Shown in pieces: positions 28,203 through 37,322 of a stretch of DNA of 64,000 nt. A model generated the notes under the pieces. It was not told the origin of the DNA and ran no database searches. It saw only the letters and a list, made by a program, of their open reading frames with translations. Source of the DNA: Ekhidna sp. Lineage in GTDB: Bacteria > Bacteroidota > Bacteroidia > Cytophagales > Cyclobacteriaceae. Where the stretch lies: assembly GCF_965247405.1 (NCBI RefSeq), contig NZ_OZ252014.1, positions 2,938,569 through 3,002,568 of the forward strand. The letters are read 5' to 3'. The position numbers and the translations under genes were made by a program. Within the stretch, counting starts at the first letter, position 1. The number at the start of each line of letters is the position of its first letter.

Positions 28203-29102
28203 ATGGTTAGGATTATTCAATATGGATCAGCGCTTGTACTCATGGCAACTTTCCTTATCTGGAACTTGCCTCTTCAGTATGTCAATGCTTTTTGCTTAAT
28301 CTTAATCCTTGTTTTCGGTATACCTCATGGTGCAGTAGATCATCGCATTCACCTTTCCACGTCAGAAGACACAAGCGTTATCAAGTACGTTTTAAAATAT
28401 GTTTTGATAGCAGGGGGTTTCATCCTTTGGTGGCTTTTAGATCCATCCAAAGCTTTACTCATGTTCATTCTTTTATCATCTTATCATTTTGGTCAGGAAT
28501 TGCTAGAAGATCAAGAAATAAAGAATTCCAGTTTGTTTGTACGCATGATTTGGGGTGCATTGATCCTCATCGCGCCGATGATTTACCATTTGGAAGAAAT
28601 TACACCCTATTTGGTAGTAGTCGTCAAAGCTGAAGTATTCGACATTGGTAGCTGGAGGTTTATTACCCCTTCTTTGATCATATTAATGGCAATTGGGAGT
28701 TTGATTATGCTTTATCGTCAAGGAACAGGAATCCGTAAAATCTTTCGGCTTTTCATTTTCTTAATGTTTATTGTGATTAGTCACGTGTTAATGCCCTTCG
28801 TTTTGGCGTTCACACTATACTTTGTGCTATTTCATTCCTTAAATGCTTTTAGACATCAATATTTTTGGCTTAGAAGAGAAAAAAAACATTACAACCTGGG
28901 CCGTTTTATATCTGATTTAATAGGATTTAGCCTGCTGGCCATTTTGGGCATCCTTGCATTGCTCTGGTTTGTCAAGCCGGAAAATCAGACAATCCTTATT
29001 ACTTACTTCTTTATATTAATTTCCCTAATCACACTTCCTCACGCGATCACTTTAGATCAATTCTATCGATTCAGAAGCAAGCCTAAGCTTCGAACGAATT
29101 AA
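28203..29102 (+). CDS. blh: Brp/Blh-family beta-carotene 15,15'-dioxygenase
   Basis: A polytopic membrane protein with the conserved His set (GIPHGAVDH, SSYHFGQ, FHSLNAFRH, LPHAI). It lies adjacent to the rhodopsin. The ATG at 28203 is preferred over the TTG at 28197. Confidence 0.85.
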   Translation: MVRIIQYGSALVLMATFLIWNLPLQYVNAFCLILILVFGIPHGAVDHRIHLSTSEDTSVIKYVLKYVLIAGGFILWWLLDPSKALLMFILLSSYHFGQELLEDQEIKNSSLFVRMIWGALILIAPMIYHLEEITPYLVVVVKAEVFDIGSWRFITPSLIILMAIGSLIMLYRQGTGIRKIFRLFIFLMFIVISHVLMPFVLAFTLYFVLFHSLNAFRHQYFWLRREKKHYNLGRFISDLIGFSLLAILGILALLWFVKPENQTILITYFFILISLITLPHAITLDQFYRFRSKPKLRTN

Positions 29103-29133
29103 AAATATCCCTGCCATTAGTTACTTTTCTGTC

Positions 29134-29673
29134 ATGAACAGAGAAGAAGCAAAAGAGTTGTTGCATTCCATGACTGAAAGTGACAGCCTGCTTCGTCATG
29201 CACGAACTGTCGAATTGGTCATGGAAGCCTACGCTGAAAAATTCAAAGAAAGCCCAGAGGAGTGGGCCATTACCGGAATGCTTCATGATGCGGACTATGA
29301 AAAATATCCTGAAGAGCATCCTAATCGAATTGTTGGACTTCTACGAGAAAAAGGAGAGGAGAAGATCGCACATGCAATCTCTGCTCACTATACTAAATGG
29401 AATGTATCCTACGAAACAACCCTTGATAAAGCATTACTTGCTTGCGATGAATTGACTGGATTCATTGTTGCTTGCTGCCAGGTACGCCCGGAGGGGATTG
29501 AAACGCTTACCGCTAAATCTGTCAAGAAGAAGTTAAAGCAAAAGAGCTTTGCTGCGAAGGTCGAACGAGATGAAATAGCGGCAGGAGTAGAGATGCTAGG
29601 TGTGGATATGACCGAACATATTAACTTTATAATTGATGTACTGAAAAGGCATAAAGAAGAACTACACCTCTAA
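29134..29673 (+). CDS. HD-domain phosphohydrolase
   Basis: 179 aa. H...HD metal-binding residues are present (LRHARTV, GMLHDADYEKYPEEHP). Confidence 0.7.
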   Translation: MNREEAKELLHSMTESDSLLRHARTVELVMEAYAEKFKESPEEWAITGMLHDADYEKYPEEHPNRIVGLLREKGEEKIAHAISAHYTKWNVSYETTLDKALLACDELTGFIVACCQVRPEGIETLTAKSVKKKLKQKSFAAKVERDEIAAGVEMLGVDMTEHINFIIDVLKRHKEELHL

Positions 29674-29684
29674 ATCACACTATA

Positions 29685-30230
29685 ATGAAAAAGAAACTAC
29701 TCATCGGATTCGGCATATTGATCCTTTTGATCGTTGCTGCCTTCTTTTATCTCAATAATAGAAACAGGACATTGAGTCCTCCGGGTCAGACATCTGCCGT
29801 GGCTAATGGCGACACAGTCACTGTATCGTATTCACGTCCTTCTGTTCGAGAACGAATGATTTTTGGTGAAGCGGAGGAAGGAGCACTACAACCTTATGGC
29901 GTCTATTGGAGATTAGGAGCAAATGAACCGACCTTCATGGATATCGATTACGATTTCCAGTTTGGAGTTTCGGAGATTGATGCTGGGAAATACGTGATTT
30001 ATGCGATTCCTCGGAAAGGAGAAATGGAGCTAAGGCTTAATTCAGATCTTCGATTCTGGGGATATACAGAACCGGATTATTCTCAAGATTTAGCAACAGC
30101 CTTGGTGCCAATGATCACCAGTGATCATACTGAACAATTTACTATTGAAGCAATACCTGATTCTTTGAGTGCCAGATTGTTGTTCTCCTGGGATAAATAT
30201 CAGTGGGAACTACTCTTGGAAAGACAATAA
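29685..30230 (+). CDS. DUF2911 domain protein
   Basis: It has a membrane anchor, then VSYSRPSVRERMIFG...LQPYGVYWRLGANEPT...GKYVIYAIP, the DUF2911 pattern. Confidence 0.65.
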   Translation: MKKKLLIGFGILILLIVAAFFYLNNRNRTLSPPGQTSAVANGDTVTVSYSRPSVRERMIFGEAEEGALQPYGVYWRLGANEPTFMDIDYDFQFGVSEIDAGKYVIYAIPRKGEMELRLNSDLRFWGYTEPDYSQDLATALVPMITSDHTEQFTIEAIPDSLSARLLFSWDKYQWELLLERQ

Positions 30231-30233
30231 CAG

Positions 30234-30259
30234 AAAAGGCCATCATTTGATGGCCTTTT
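30234..30259. terminator. Bidirectional terminator between convergent genes
   Basis: A 12-bp perfect palindrome, aaaaggccatca / tgatggcctttt. The A/T runs allow it to function on both strands. Confidence 0.55.
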
Positions 30260-30270
30260 CTTTGTGATTA

Positions 30271-31602
30271 TTAATTCAATGATAGGATCATTCGTTTCCA
30301 TATCTCATCCAACCAATCTTCATGTTCTGGCTTCATCAAAGACGACCGTAAACAAACGAGGTATTTTGAGTCAATTTCAAAATCAGGATTTGAGAATTTT
30401 TCAGTTGGGTATTTATAGAGTGACAGGTATAGATGGTTCTCCTCTGCTTTTTTGAAGAATGCATGAGCCAGTTCAGACATTTTGCTGGTTGTTTCCCCTT
30501 TTAATCCCCAGGTAACGATATCGGTTTCCGGTTTCACTATTGGGAAAAAATTTTCATTCGAGCTAATCTTCTCAAATAATTTCAGTGCAGCACTTCTTGA
30601 CTTTTCCAGGTCTAATGCAAATTGACCATTCTCAACCGGAGGCATCAGTTGATGAGTAGCCCACAGCGCCACCGCAGAGGCTCCCGCACGCGAACATTCC
30701 AGACTAATCTCACCCAGGTGCAATTCATCTGATGTGAAATAGGTGTATGGCGAATCATGTATATAAAACTTTGCAACCTCAGGATTCCTGAAAATCACAC
30801 ATCCACATCCATAGGGTTGCAGTCCTTGTTTATGAGGATCTATAACAATGCTATCTACATGGTCAATGAGTGAAAATTTGTTTTTGGTATGGTCATCCAG
30901 GTTGGATAATAGCATGAAGTAACCACCATAAGCTGCATCAGCGTGAATTCTGAAACCATATTTCTTCTGAAGTTCCAATATCTCATCTAGAGGATCGACA
31001 GACCCAAGTCCAGTTGTTCCCATCGTACAAACCACCGTGCCCACATCTCCTATTTTCAATTCTTCCTCAAGAGCTGAAAGATCAATTCTTCCCTGATGAT
31101 CGGTAGCTACTTTATCAAATCGGAGTTTCAATACTTCTGAGATTCGCTCATGGGTATAATGCGCCTGATCAGAAGCGATGATCTTTTTATCTGGATGAAT
31201 CTTGCCGGAAACCCAAAGTGCTTCCAGGTTAGCCATGGTTCCTCCACCTGTCAGATGCCCCAGGTGCTCACCCCAACCAAACATTTTGGCCAAATCGGCA
31301 ACCACCTCTTTCTCCATTGGTGAGCTGGCTTTGCTTCCATCCATGGCATGATTATTTGGATTGATCCACATGGCCATCATGTATGCAACTTTGGCAATGG
31401 GATGAGGTGGTTTTAGCATCTGCCCTGCAAAGAGTGGATGAAAATAGGGATAGTTATCCTGCATTTTTTCAGCCGTCAGTAACATCACCTCCTCCATCTT
31501 TTTGGTGTCGAATTCGACTTTGAAGTCAGGAAGGTTGAAGCCAGCCTCTAGTTTTACGAGGGCTTTTTGCAGCAGTTCTAATGATTCTCGTTCTAGTTTC
31601 AT
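30271..31602 (-). CDS. PLP-dependent group II amino-acid decarboxylase
   Basis: 443 aa with GGTMANLEAL, HADAAYGG and a PLP-lysine motif in IVIDPHKQGL. Confidence 0.8.
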   Translation of the reverse strand: MKLERESLELLQKALVKLEAGFNLPDFKVEFDTKKMEEVMLLTAEKMQDNYPYFHPLFAGQMLKPPHPIAKVAYMMAMWINPNNHAMDGSKASSPMEKEVVADLAKMFGWGEHLGHLTGGGTMANLEALWVSGKIHPDKKIIASDQAHYTHERISEVLKLRFDKVATDHQGRIDLSALEEELKIGDVGTVVCTMGTTGLGSVDPLDEILELQKKYGFRIHADAAYGGYFMLLSNLDDHTKNKFSLIDHVDSIVIDPHKQGLQPYGCGCVIFRNPEVAKFYIHDSPYTYFTSDELHLGEISLECSRAGASAVALWATHQLMPPVENGQFALDLEKSRSAALKLFEKISSNENFFPIVKPETDIVTWGLKGETTSKMSELAHAFFKKAEENHLYLSLYKYPTEKFSNPDFEIDSKYLVCLRSSLMKPEHEDWLDEIWKRMILSLN

Positions 31603-32162
31603 TCTTCAATCCATTCAACTTTCTCTTTGATTGGCTTTTTTGTCGCAACTCGTTCCGAAGGTTCGCAATATCCCATATAGAATAACCCAATGCAAGTTTC
31701 ATTTTCTTCCATGGCTATGTGTTCACCCATAAATTTGCAAAGAGCAGGGCTGCTCCAATACCCACCCAATCCATATTGCTCCAACGCGATCCAGATATTT
31801 TGTACTGCACAAGCAACTGCTGCAATTTCCTCCCATTCAGGCACTCGTTCCGCAGGATCACGATGCAGGATAATGGCTAAAACAGCTCCTGCTTGGTCTG
31901 GCTTTGCCAGGATCTTTTTGATTTTTGAAGGGTCAGCATCGGGTGTAATCTCCTGATATTTCTGTGCTAGAAATTCACCTAATCTCGATTTAGCTTTTCC
32001 AGTGAAAACCTTGAAACGCCACGGTTCCGTAAGTTTATGAGTGGGCGCATGATTGGCATTGAGCAGGAGCTCTTCCAGGATTTCCCTGGAGATGGGCTTA
32101 TCGATATATTGCAAAGGGTAGACGGACCGACGCTTGCGTATGATTTTGTTTAATTCACTCAC
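31599..32162 (-). CDS. Nitroreductase-family protein
   Basis: 187 aa with RRSVYPLQY, HAPTHKLTEPWRF and a C-terminal YMGY motif. Its stop overlaps the decarboxylase start. Confidence 0.8.
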   Translation of the reverse strand: MSELNKIIRKRRSVYPLQYIDKPISREILEELLLNANHAPTHKLTEPWRFKVFTGKAKSRLGEFLAQKYQEITPDADPSKIKKILAKPDQAGAVLAIILHRDPAERVPEWEEIAAVACAVQNIWIALEQYGLGGYWSSPALCKFMGEHIAMEENETCIGLFYMGYCEPSERVATKKPIKEKVEWIEE

Positions 32163-32181
32163 GATTGAAAACTGTTTTTAA

Positions 32182-33045
32182 ATGACTAAATCTCAGAATG
32201 TTTTAATAACCGGTGTTTCCACTGGAATAGGATATGATCTGACAAAGATATTTGTTGAAAAAGGTTATACCGTATTTGGGAGTGTAAGAAAGCAAGCGGA
32301 TGCTAATGGTTTGTCAAAAGAACTGGGGGAGAGTTTTCGACCAGTGATTTTTGATGTGACGAACTTTGATGAGGTAGATTCTGCGGCCAAAAAGCTTGAA
32401 AAAGAGATTGGTCATGAGGGGTTGGTGGCATTGATTAACAATGCAGGGATTGCGATAGGCGGGCCATTGATGGATTTAGAGATAGATGATTACAAGCGGC
32501 AATTTGAAGTGAATGTTTTTGGGTTGATCAAAGTAACACAGGCATTTTTACCCCTCTTGGGCGCAAGGGAAAACCACCCTATTTATCCTGGAAGAATTAT
32601 TCAAATATCATCCGTAGCAGGGAAACACGGGATGCCATTTATGTCGCCATATGCGGGCTCCAAGCACGCTGTGGAAGGGATTACAGAAAGTTTAAGAAAA
32701 GAATTATTGCACTTCGGAATTGATGTGATTCTAATTGAGCCTGGGCCAATCAAAACACCAATATGGGAAAAAGGCACCTCTCAGGCGGAAGAAGAGAAAT
32801 TCAAAGAGTCGGTTTTTTATCCAGCGTTAAATAAATTTCAGGATGTTTTTATGGCTAAAGCAGTAAAGGGCGCTTTGACGAGTGAAAAAGCAGCGAAAGT
32901 TATTTTCAAAGCTTTTCTGGCAAAAAGGCCAAAGGTCAGATATGTATTGATGGCCGGCAAGTTTAAGAACTGGACACTGCCACGCATGATGCCTACCCGT
33001 ATGGTGGATAGATTTATTGGAAAAGCACTCGGTCTTTTGAAATAG
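32182..33045 (+). CDS. SDR-family oxidoreductase
   Basis: It has TGVSTGIGYDL (TGxxxGxG), NNAG and YAGSKHAVEG (YxxxK). Confidence 0.85.
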   Translation: MTKSQNVLITGVSTGIGYDLTKIFVEKGYTVFGSVRKQADANGLSKELGESFRPVIFDVTNFDEVDSAAKKLEKEIGHEGLVALINNAGIAIGGPLMDLEIDDYKRQFEVNVFGLIKVTQAFLPLLGARENHPIYPGRIIQISSVAGKHGMPFMSPYAGSKHAVEGITESLRKELLHFGIDVILIEPGPIKTPIWEKGTSQAEEEKFKESVFYPALNKFQDVFMAKAVKGALTSEKAAKVIFKAFLAKRPKVRYVLMAGKFKNWTLPRMMPTRMVDRFIGKALGLLK

Positions 33046-33075
33046 GTTTTTAGGAAAACAGCTTAGTTTTAGGTT

Positions 33076-33942
33076 ATGAAATTTGGAAGTGTAGATAACC
33101 CTGAAGAAATAGATTTTAGCCTACCCGATGATCATCATGATACGGAAAAGGTACTAGCTAAAGGAAAGGGTTTGAAAAATGTCTTTGTAGGCTGTGCAAA
33201 ATGGAACCGCCAGGATTTAAAGAAGTTTTACCCCCGTGGCACCAAGGACGAGTTAGAATACTACGCCACACAGTTCAACTCCATCGAACTTAATGCTACC
33301 TTTTACAATCACTTTCGTGTAGAGCAGATTGAGAAATGGGTTGAAAAGACACCCAATAACTTCAAGTTTTTCCCCAAGGTGCATCAGATGGTCAGTCATA
33401 TTAAAAGACTGAACGAAGTAGAGGAGCCAATTGAACGGTATACAACCAATATTCGCGCGTTTGGCGATAAGCTGGGCATGTGCTTTCTACAGCTACATGA
33501 TAATTTCAAACCTAAAAATATGGATCGACTGATCACTGCTGTGGAATGCTGGCCAAAGGATATACCCCTGGCCATTGAACTGAGGAATACGGAATGGTTT
33601 AATGATGCGGAGGTAGCCAATGAAGTGTACGCATTATTTGAAAAATATAACGTTTCAAACATCGTAACCGACACGGCAGGAAGGAGGGATCTATTGCATA
33701 TGAGATTAACCTCCCCGTCTGTATTTGTCAGGTACGTAGGGGCCAATCATGAAAGTGATTATTCTCGATTAGATGCTTGGATGGGGCGAATTAAGAAATG
33801 GGCAGATCAGGGGATGGAAAACCTGTACTTTTTTGTGCATCAAAATCTGGAAAAGGAGTCGCCGGTGTTGTCTGCTTACTTCATTCAAAAAATGAATAAA
33901 GCGTTAGGGTTGAATCTTACTGTTCCGGTGGGTCAGGACTAA
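33076..33942 (+). CDS. DUF72 domain protein
   Basis: 288 aa with YYATQFNSIELNATFY and the later ELRN..WF motif typical of DUF72. Confidence 0.8.
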   Translation: MKFGSVDNPEEIDFSLPDDHHDTEKVLAKGKGLKNVFVGCAKWNRQDLKKFYPRGTKDELEYYATQFNSIELNATFYNHFRVEQIEKWVEKTPNNFKFFPKVHQMVSHIKRLNEVEEPIERYTTNIRAFGDKLGMCFLQLHDNFKPKNMDRLITAVECWPKDIPLAIELRNTEWFNDAEVANEVYALFEKYNVSNIVTDTAGRRDLLHMRLTSPSVFVRYVGANHESDYSRLDAWMGRIKKWADQGMENLYFFVHQNLEKESPVLSAYFIQKMNKALGLNLTVPVGQD

Positions 33943-34017
33943 AAAAGGTTTATTTGAGTGAATTGTTAGATCGTCCTGCTATTTCATTTAGCAGGACGAT
34001 CTAGGTGCTTGGCCAAA

Positions 34018-34407
34018 TCAATTACCGTCTCCTCGACGATCTTTTCTGCGATCTCTTCGTTTTTCTACGTTTTCGCGCACTTCTTTTTTGATGACTTCCA
34101 ATTCTGCAAGCTGTTCGTCATTCAGGATTTTTGCTACTTCCTTTTCCTGCTTTTCAACGATATCTGCTTTTGCTCGCATTTTGTCGCTTCTGGATTTCGA
34201 ATCATCATTCCGAATGGCTTCCAGTTCTGGTTTCATCGATTCACGCAGCTTTTTTAGGTCAGCTGTCTGGCTTTCCGTAAGGTTGAGTCGCTCTTTGTAC
34301 TCTTCAATTTTCACCTCAGCTTTTTCTCTCACAGCTTCCCTTCGGTTCTGGGCAAAAAGGATGTTTACTGCTACCAATAGTCCAATAATTAAGGTAAGTT
34401 TTTTCAT
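34018..34407 (-). CDS. Periplasmic Spy/CpxP-like (LTxxQ motif) protein
   Basis: It has a signal peptide, a highly charged helical body and two LTxxQ-like motifs (LNLTESQTADL, LNDEQLAEL). Confidence 0.5.
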   Translation of the reverse strand: MKKLTLIIGLLVAVNILFAQNRREAVREKAEVKIEEYKERLNLTESQTADLKKLRESMKPELEAIRNDDSKSRSDKMRAKADIVEKQEKEVAKILNDEQLAELEVIKKEVRENVEKRRDRRKDRRGDGN

Positions 34408-34474
34408 CGTGTAAAATTTTCGTTTGCTGTTAGATGACCGTATTAGGAAATGGTTTAATCAGCAAGAAAAAATA

Positions 34475-35248
34475 TTATTCGAATCTCAAATGCTTCACAG
34501 ACTCACCTGAACTACTTAGCTCCATCAGAGAGTCAATCCCAATATCAAGATGGTTAGAAACAAACTGAGATGTCACCTTTTGGTCACTCTTAGAGGTTTT
34601 TACTCCTTCTGGAGTCATTGGGTTATCAGAGACAAGTAGTAAGGCCCCACGGGGTATTTTGTTTGCAAAGCCTACTGTGAAAAGTGTAGCAGTCTCCATA
34701 TCGATGGCGGATGCTCTAATTTCTTTCAGGTAATTCTTAAAATCTTCATCATGTTCCCATACCCGACGATTGGTAGTAAAAACAGTACCAGTCCAGTAAT
34801 CAAATCCTTTTGCCTTGATGACGTGTGAGACCGATCTTTGTAATCGGAAAGAAGGAAGTGCTGGGATTTCCTGTGGCATGTAATCATCAGATGCTCCTTC
34901 GCCGCGAATAGCCGCAATGGGAAGGATAAGATCTCCTAACTGATTTTGTTTTTTCAGTCCACCACATTTTCCAAGAAAGAGCACAGCTTTTGGCATAATG
35001 GCGGACAAAAGATCCATGACGGTTGCAGCCATTGCGCTACCCATTCCAAAATTGATAATGGTGATGTCATCATGGGTGGCCGTCTGCATGGCCCGCTTTC
35101 TGCCTTTCACTTTCACGTCAAACTTCTCTGCAAAGAGGTCTACATAGTTTTGAAAGTTTGTAAGCAGGATGTACCTGCCAAATTCGTCTAACTCCGTGCC
35201 GGTGTACCTGGGTAACCAGTCGTCTACAATTTCATTTTTTGTCTTCAT
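34475..35248 (-). CDS. AMP nucleosidase-like nucleoside phosphorylase (PNP_UDP_1 family)
   Basis: YILLTNFQNYVDLF is followed by a phosphorylase core (INFGMGSAMAAT, GKCGGL, IDMETATLF). The ATG at 35248 is preferred over the TTG at 35257. Confidence 0.65.
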   Translation of the reverse strand: MKTKNEIVDDWLPRYTGTELDEFGRYILLTNFQNYVDLFAEKFDVKVKGRKRAMQTATHDDITIINFGMGSAMAATVMDLLSAIMPKAVLFLGKCGGLKKQNQLGDLILPIAAIRGEGASDDYMPQEIPALPSFRLQRSVSHVIKAKGFDYWTGTVFTTNRRVWEHDEDFKNYLKEIRASAIDMETATLFTVGFANKIPRGALLLVSDNPMTPEGVKTSKSDQKVTSQFVSNHLDIGIDSLMELSSSGESVKHLRFE

Positions 35249-35399
35249 CAGGTGCAAAAGTATAGTCTCTGTTGATCATAAACCGGATTTAGATCTTTTC
35301 ATATCATTATATCAATATAAAGTTGTCTTTACTTAATGGAAACTGATTTTTCCTTACCAGGTACTTTTTCTCATTCCTGAAATCCATTAAATTAAAATT

Positions 35400-36164
35400 A
35401 TGGATTCACCGCCAAACAAAGTTTGCGTCATCACCGGCGCAGCACACGGGATTGGTGCAGCCACCGCCCGCCTAATGAGCCTTCATGGAGGTATGAATAT
35501 GGTTTTGTCTGATCAGGACAAAGAGGCCGCTGATCAACTGATGCATCATTTAAACACCATTCGTCCACAATCATGCATTGCCCTTGCAACAGATGTTTCT
35601 GACCCTAAGCGGGTGTCTCAGCTGATGAAAGCAGCTGTGGATCGATTTGATCGTCTGGATGTATTGATAAACAATGCAGGCATCTGGCCAAAAAAAGTTG
35701 CCCGCACGGCCGATACAGATGTTGCGGATTGGGAAAAAGTAATAGGAGTGAATCAGAGTGGCGTTTACTATGGAATGAAATACGCGATCCCCTATATGGT
35801 GGAGCAAGGAGGGGGGTTGATAGTGAATGTGGCTTCTCTTGCAGGGTTGAAAGCTTCACCCAACCATATTTCGTATGCGGCCAGTAAATATGCCGTGGTG
35901 GGGATGACAAAAACGGCCGCTCTGGAGTACGGCAAAAAAAATATTCGAATCAATGCTGTGTGTCCCGGCTACACCGATTCACAATACATGGATCAATTAC
36001 ATTCCACTAAACCAGAAATAAAAAGCCGTTTGCTAAAAGCGACACCACTGAGCCGCTATGCCAAAATAGATGAGGTGGCTGACGCGATCTACTGGCTTTG
36101 TTCTGACCAGGCCAGTTTTATCACAGGCCAGACATTGACCATTGATGGCGGGATTGGCTTGTAA
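35400..36164 (+). CDS. SDR-family oxidoreductase
   Basis: It has ITGAAHGIGAA, NNAG, YAASKYAVVGM and a PG motif in CPGYT. Confidence 0.85.
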   Translation: MDSPPNKVCVITGAAHGIGAATARLMSLHGGMNMVLSDQDKEAADQLMHHLNTIRPQSCIALATDVSDPKRVSQLMKAAVDRFDRLDVLINNAGIWPKKVARTADTDVADWEKVIGVNQSGVYYGMKYAIPYMVEQGGGLIVNVASLAGLKASPNHISYAASKYAVVGMTKTAALEYGKKNIRINAVCPGYTDSQYMDQLHSTKPEIKSRLLKATPLSRYAKIDEVADAIYWLCSDQASFITGQTLTIDGGIGL

Positions 36165-36260
36165 CACATGTCTTCTTTGAAGTGAATGATTAAAGCAATC
36201 CTGTTGATATCTGCCAACTTAAATCAATAGCTGATTAAATTTGGTATAACAAACACAACC

Positions 36261-36857
36261 ATGAAAATCATCATTATCTTATTAAGTGGCTTATTAGCTT
36301 TCAGTGCAAGTGGTCAGGACAACCAAATAATAGCAGCCGGTATACTTCCTTATACGATCATCAACGATACTGTGTACGTGCTGTTGGGTTATGATGAAGA
36401 TAAACCTGGATGGACCGATTTTGGAGGAAGTAGAGAAATGGTAGGAACTTTAGATAATGATCAAAGACTGGAAACTCCACAGGAAATTGCAGTGAGAGAG
36501 TTTTTTGAAGAATGTAGAATGGTGTATGAAAAAGAAGAAATCAATCTCAATTTCAGACCGGAGGCCTACATCACTGCGGTTAATGGTGTTTACCGTAGCT
36601 ATGTTGTTAATATTCCATACAAATCCCGTCAGGAAATAAGGCAGGCATTAATTCCGGTCGATGAGAAGTTTGAAATTTTCAACGAAAAGAAAGATTTCTA
36701 TTGGATCACTTTGAATGAACTTAAATCTGTGATCCGAACTGGTAGCAATCGGCTTTCCAATTCACCAAATCAAGGGATCATTTATAAACACTTTTATAAT
36801 ACGTTGAATAAGATCTTACAAGATGATCAAATTGATTATTTGTTTGTGAAAGAATGA
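36261..36857 (+). CDS. Divergent Nudix-like protein with signal peptide
   Basis: The leader is MKIIIILLSGLLAFSASGQ. ETPQEIAVREFFEECRM matches E-x7-REUxEExGU except that G is replaced by R, and the upstream Gly loop is lengthened. Confidence 0.45.
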   Translation: MKIIIILLSGLLAFSASGQDNQIIAAGILPYTIINDTVYVLLGYDEDKPGWTDFGGSREMVGTLDNDQRLETPQEIAVREFFEECRMVYEKEEINLNFRPEAYITAVNGVYRSYVVNIPYKSRQEIRQALIPVDEKFEIFNEKKDFYWITLNELKSVIRTGSNRLSNSPNQGIIYKHFYNTLNKILQDDQIDYLFVKE

Positions 36858-37009
36858 TGCAAATCATTGATATAAAAAAGGCCAATCTTACGGTCATTTC
36901 TTTTTTTGAGTCGGAGAGAACTGAGCGTTAAAAAATCTTCCTGTGTAAGATTTTAGCGAAGGGATGGGGGCACCTAGTCAGGTTGCAGGGTAGCCCCGAA
37001 GACGAAACG

Positions 37010-37034
37010 AAAAAGCCCACAGTTTGTGGGCTTT
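37010..37034 (-). terminator. Probable ancestral ssrA terminator
   Basis: On the minus strand it reads aaagcccacaaactgtgggcttttt. It lies immediately downstream of the outermost ssrA 3'-end relic at 37037-37054. Confidence 0.5.
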
Positions 37035-37036
37035 GA

Positions 37037-37054
37037 AGTGGAGTCGGAGGGATT
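37037..37054 (-). repeat. Relic copy of ssrA 3' end (older att site)
   Basis: agtggagtcggagggatt is identical to 46397-46414. Beyond it the sequence diverges but still folds as a T-arm-like hairpin (ggagggat...atccctcc). Confidence 0.55.
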
Positions 37055-37189
37055 ATTCTATGATCCCTCCTTTCAATCTAGTCAGTCTCGAAAGCGATAC
37101 TTCGTATCCTAACCTCTCTACTTTCGCAATTCCAGAAATGAATTTCTTTCTTGCTCATTAGAAGGTTGTTTTTTGGCTTTCGAGCCATT

Positions 37190-37218
37190 GTGGAGTCGGA
37201 GGGATTCGAACCCTCGTC
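37190..37218 (-). repeat. att repeat (distal copy) of the ssrA-integrated element
   Basis: gtggagtcggagggattcgaaccctcgtc is a 29/29 match to 46398-46426. Confidence 0.85.
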
Positions 37219-37297
37219 TATATTTGATAAGTGACTGATTATGAGTTGTTTAATAAAATATTAGGCTGATTGATTGGTTCAAAATCATGTTTTTATT

Positions 37298-37315
37298 GAC
37301 CTATTTACTCAACCT
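37298..37315. repeat. Sub-terminal 18-bp repeat (candidate integrase arm site), left end
   Basis: gacctatttactcaacct matches gacctatttactcgacct at 46323-46340 in 17 of 18 positions, in the same orientation. Each copy lies 60-80 bp inside the att core. Confidence 0.4.
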
Positions 37316-37322
37316 ATTTTTT

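Noticed and set aside
28292-28633. 113-aa alternative-frame ORF inside blh, and the similar 29180-29455 ORF inside the HD-domain gene
   Set aside because: Both are embedded in the same strand of well-supported genes in another frame. They have no family features.
27424-29102. Calling the locus a complete retinal biosynthesis operon
   Set aside because: Only the opsin and blh are present here. crtY is 15 kb away, and crtE, crtB and crtI are not in the window.
36908-36920. A possible fourth relic of the ssrA 3' end (gagtcggagagaa)
   Set aside because: Only 9 contiguous bases match. About one such match is expected by chance in a 64-kb window on two strands.
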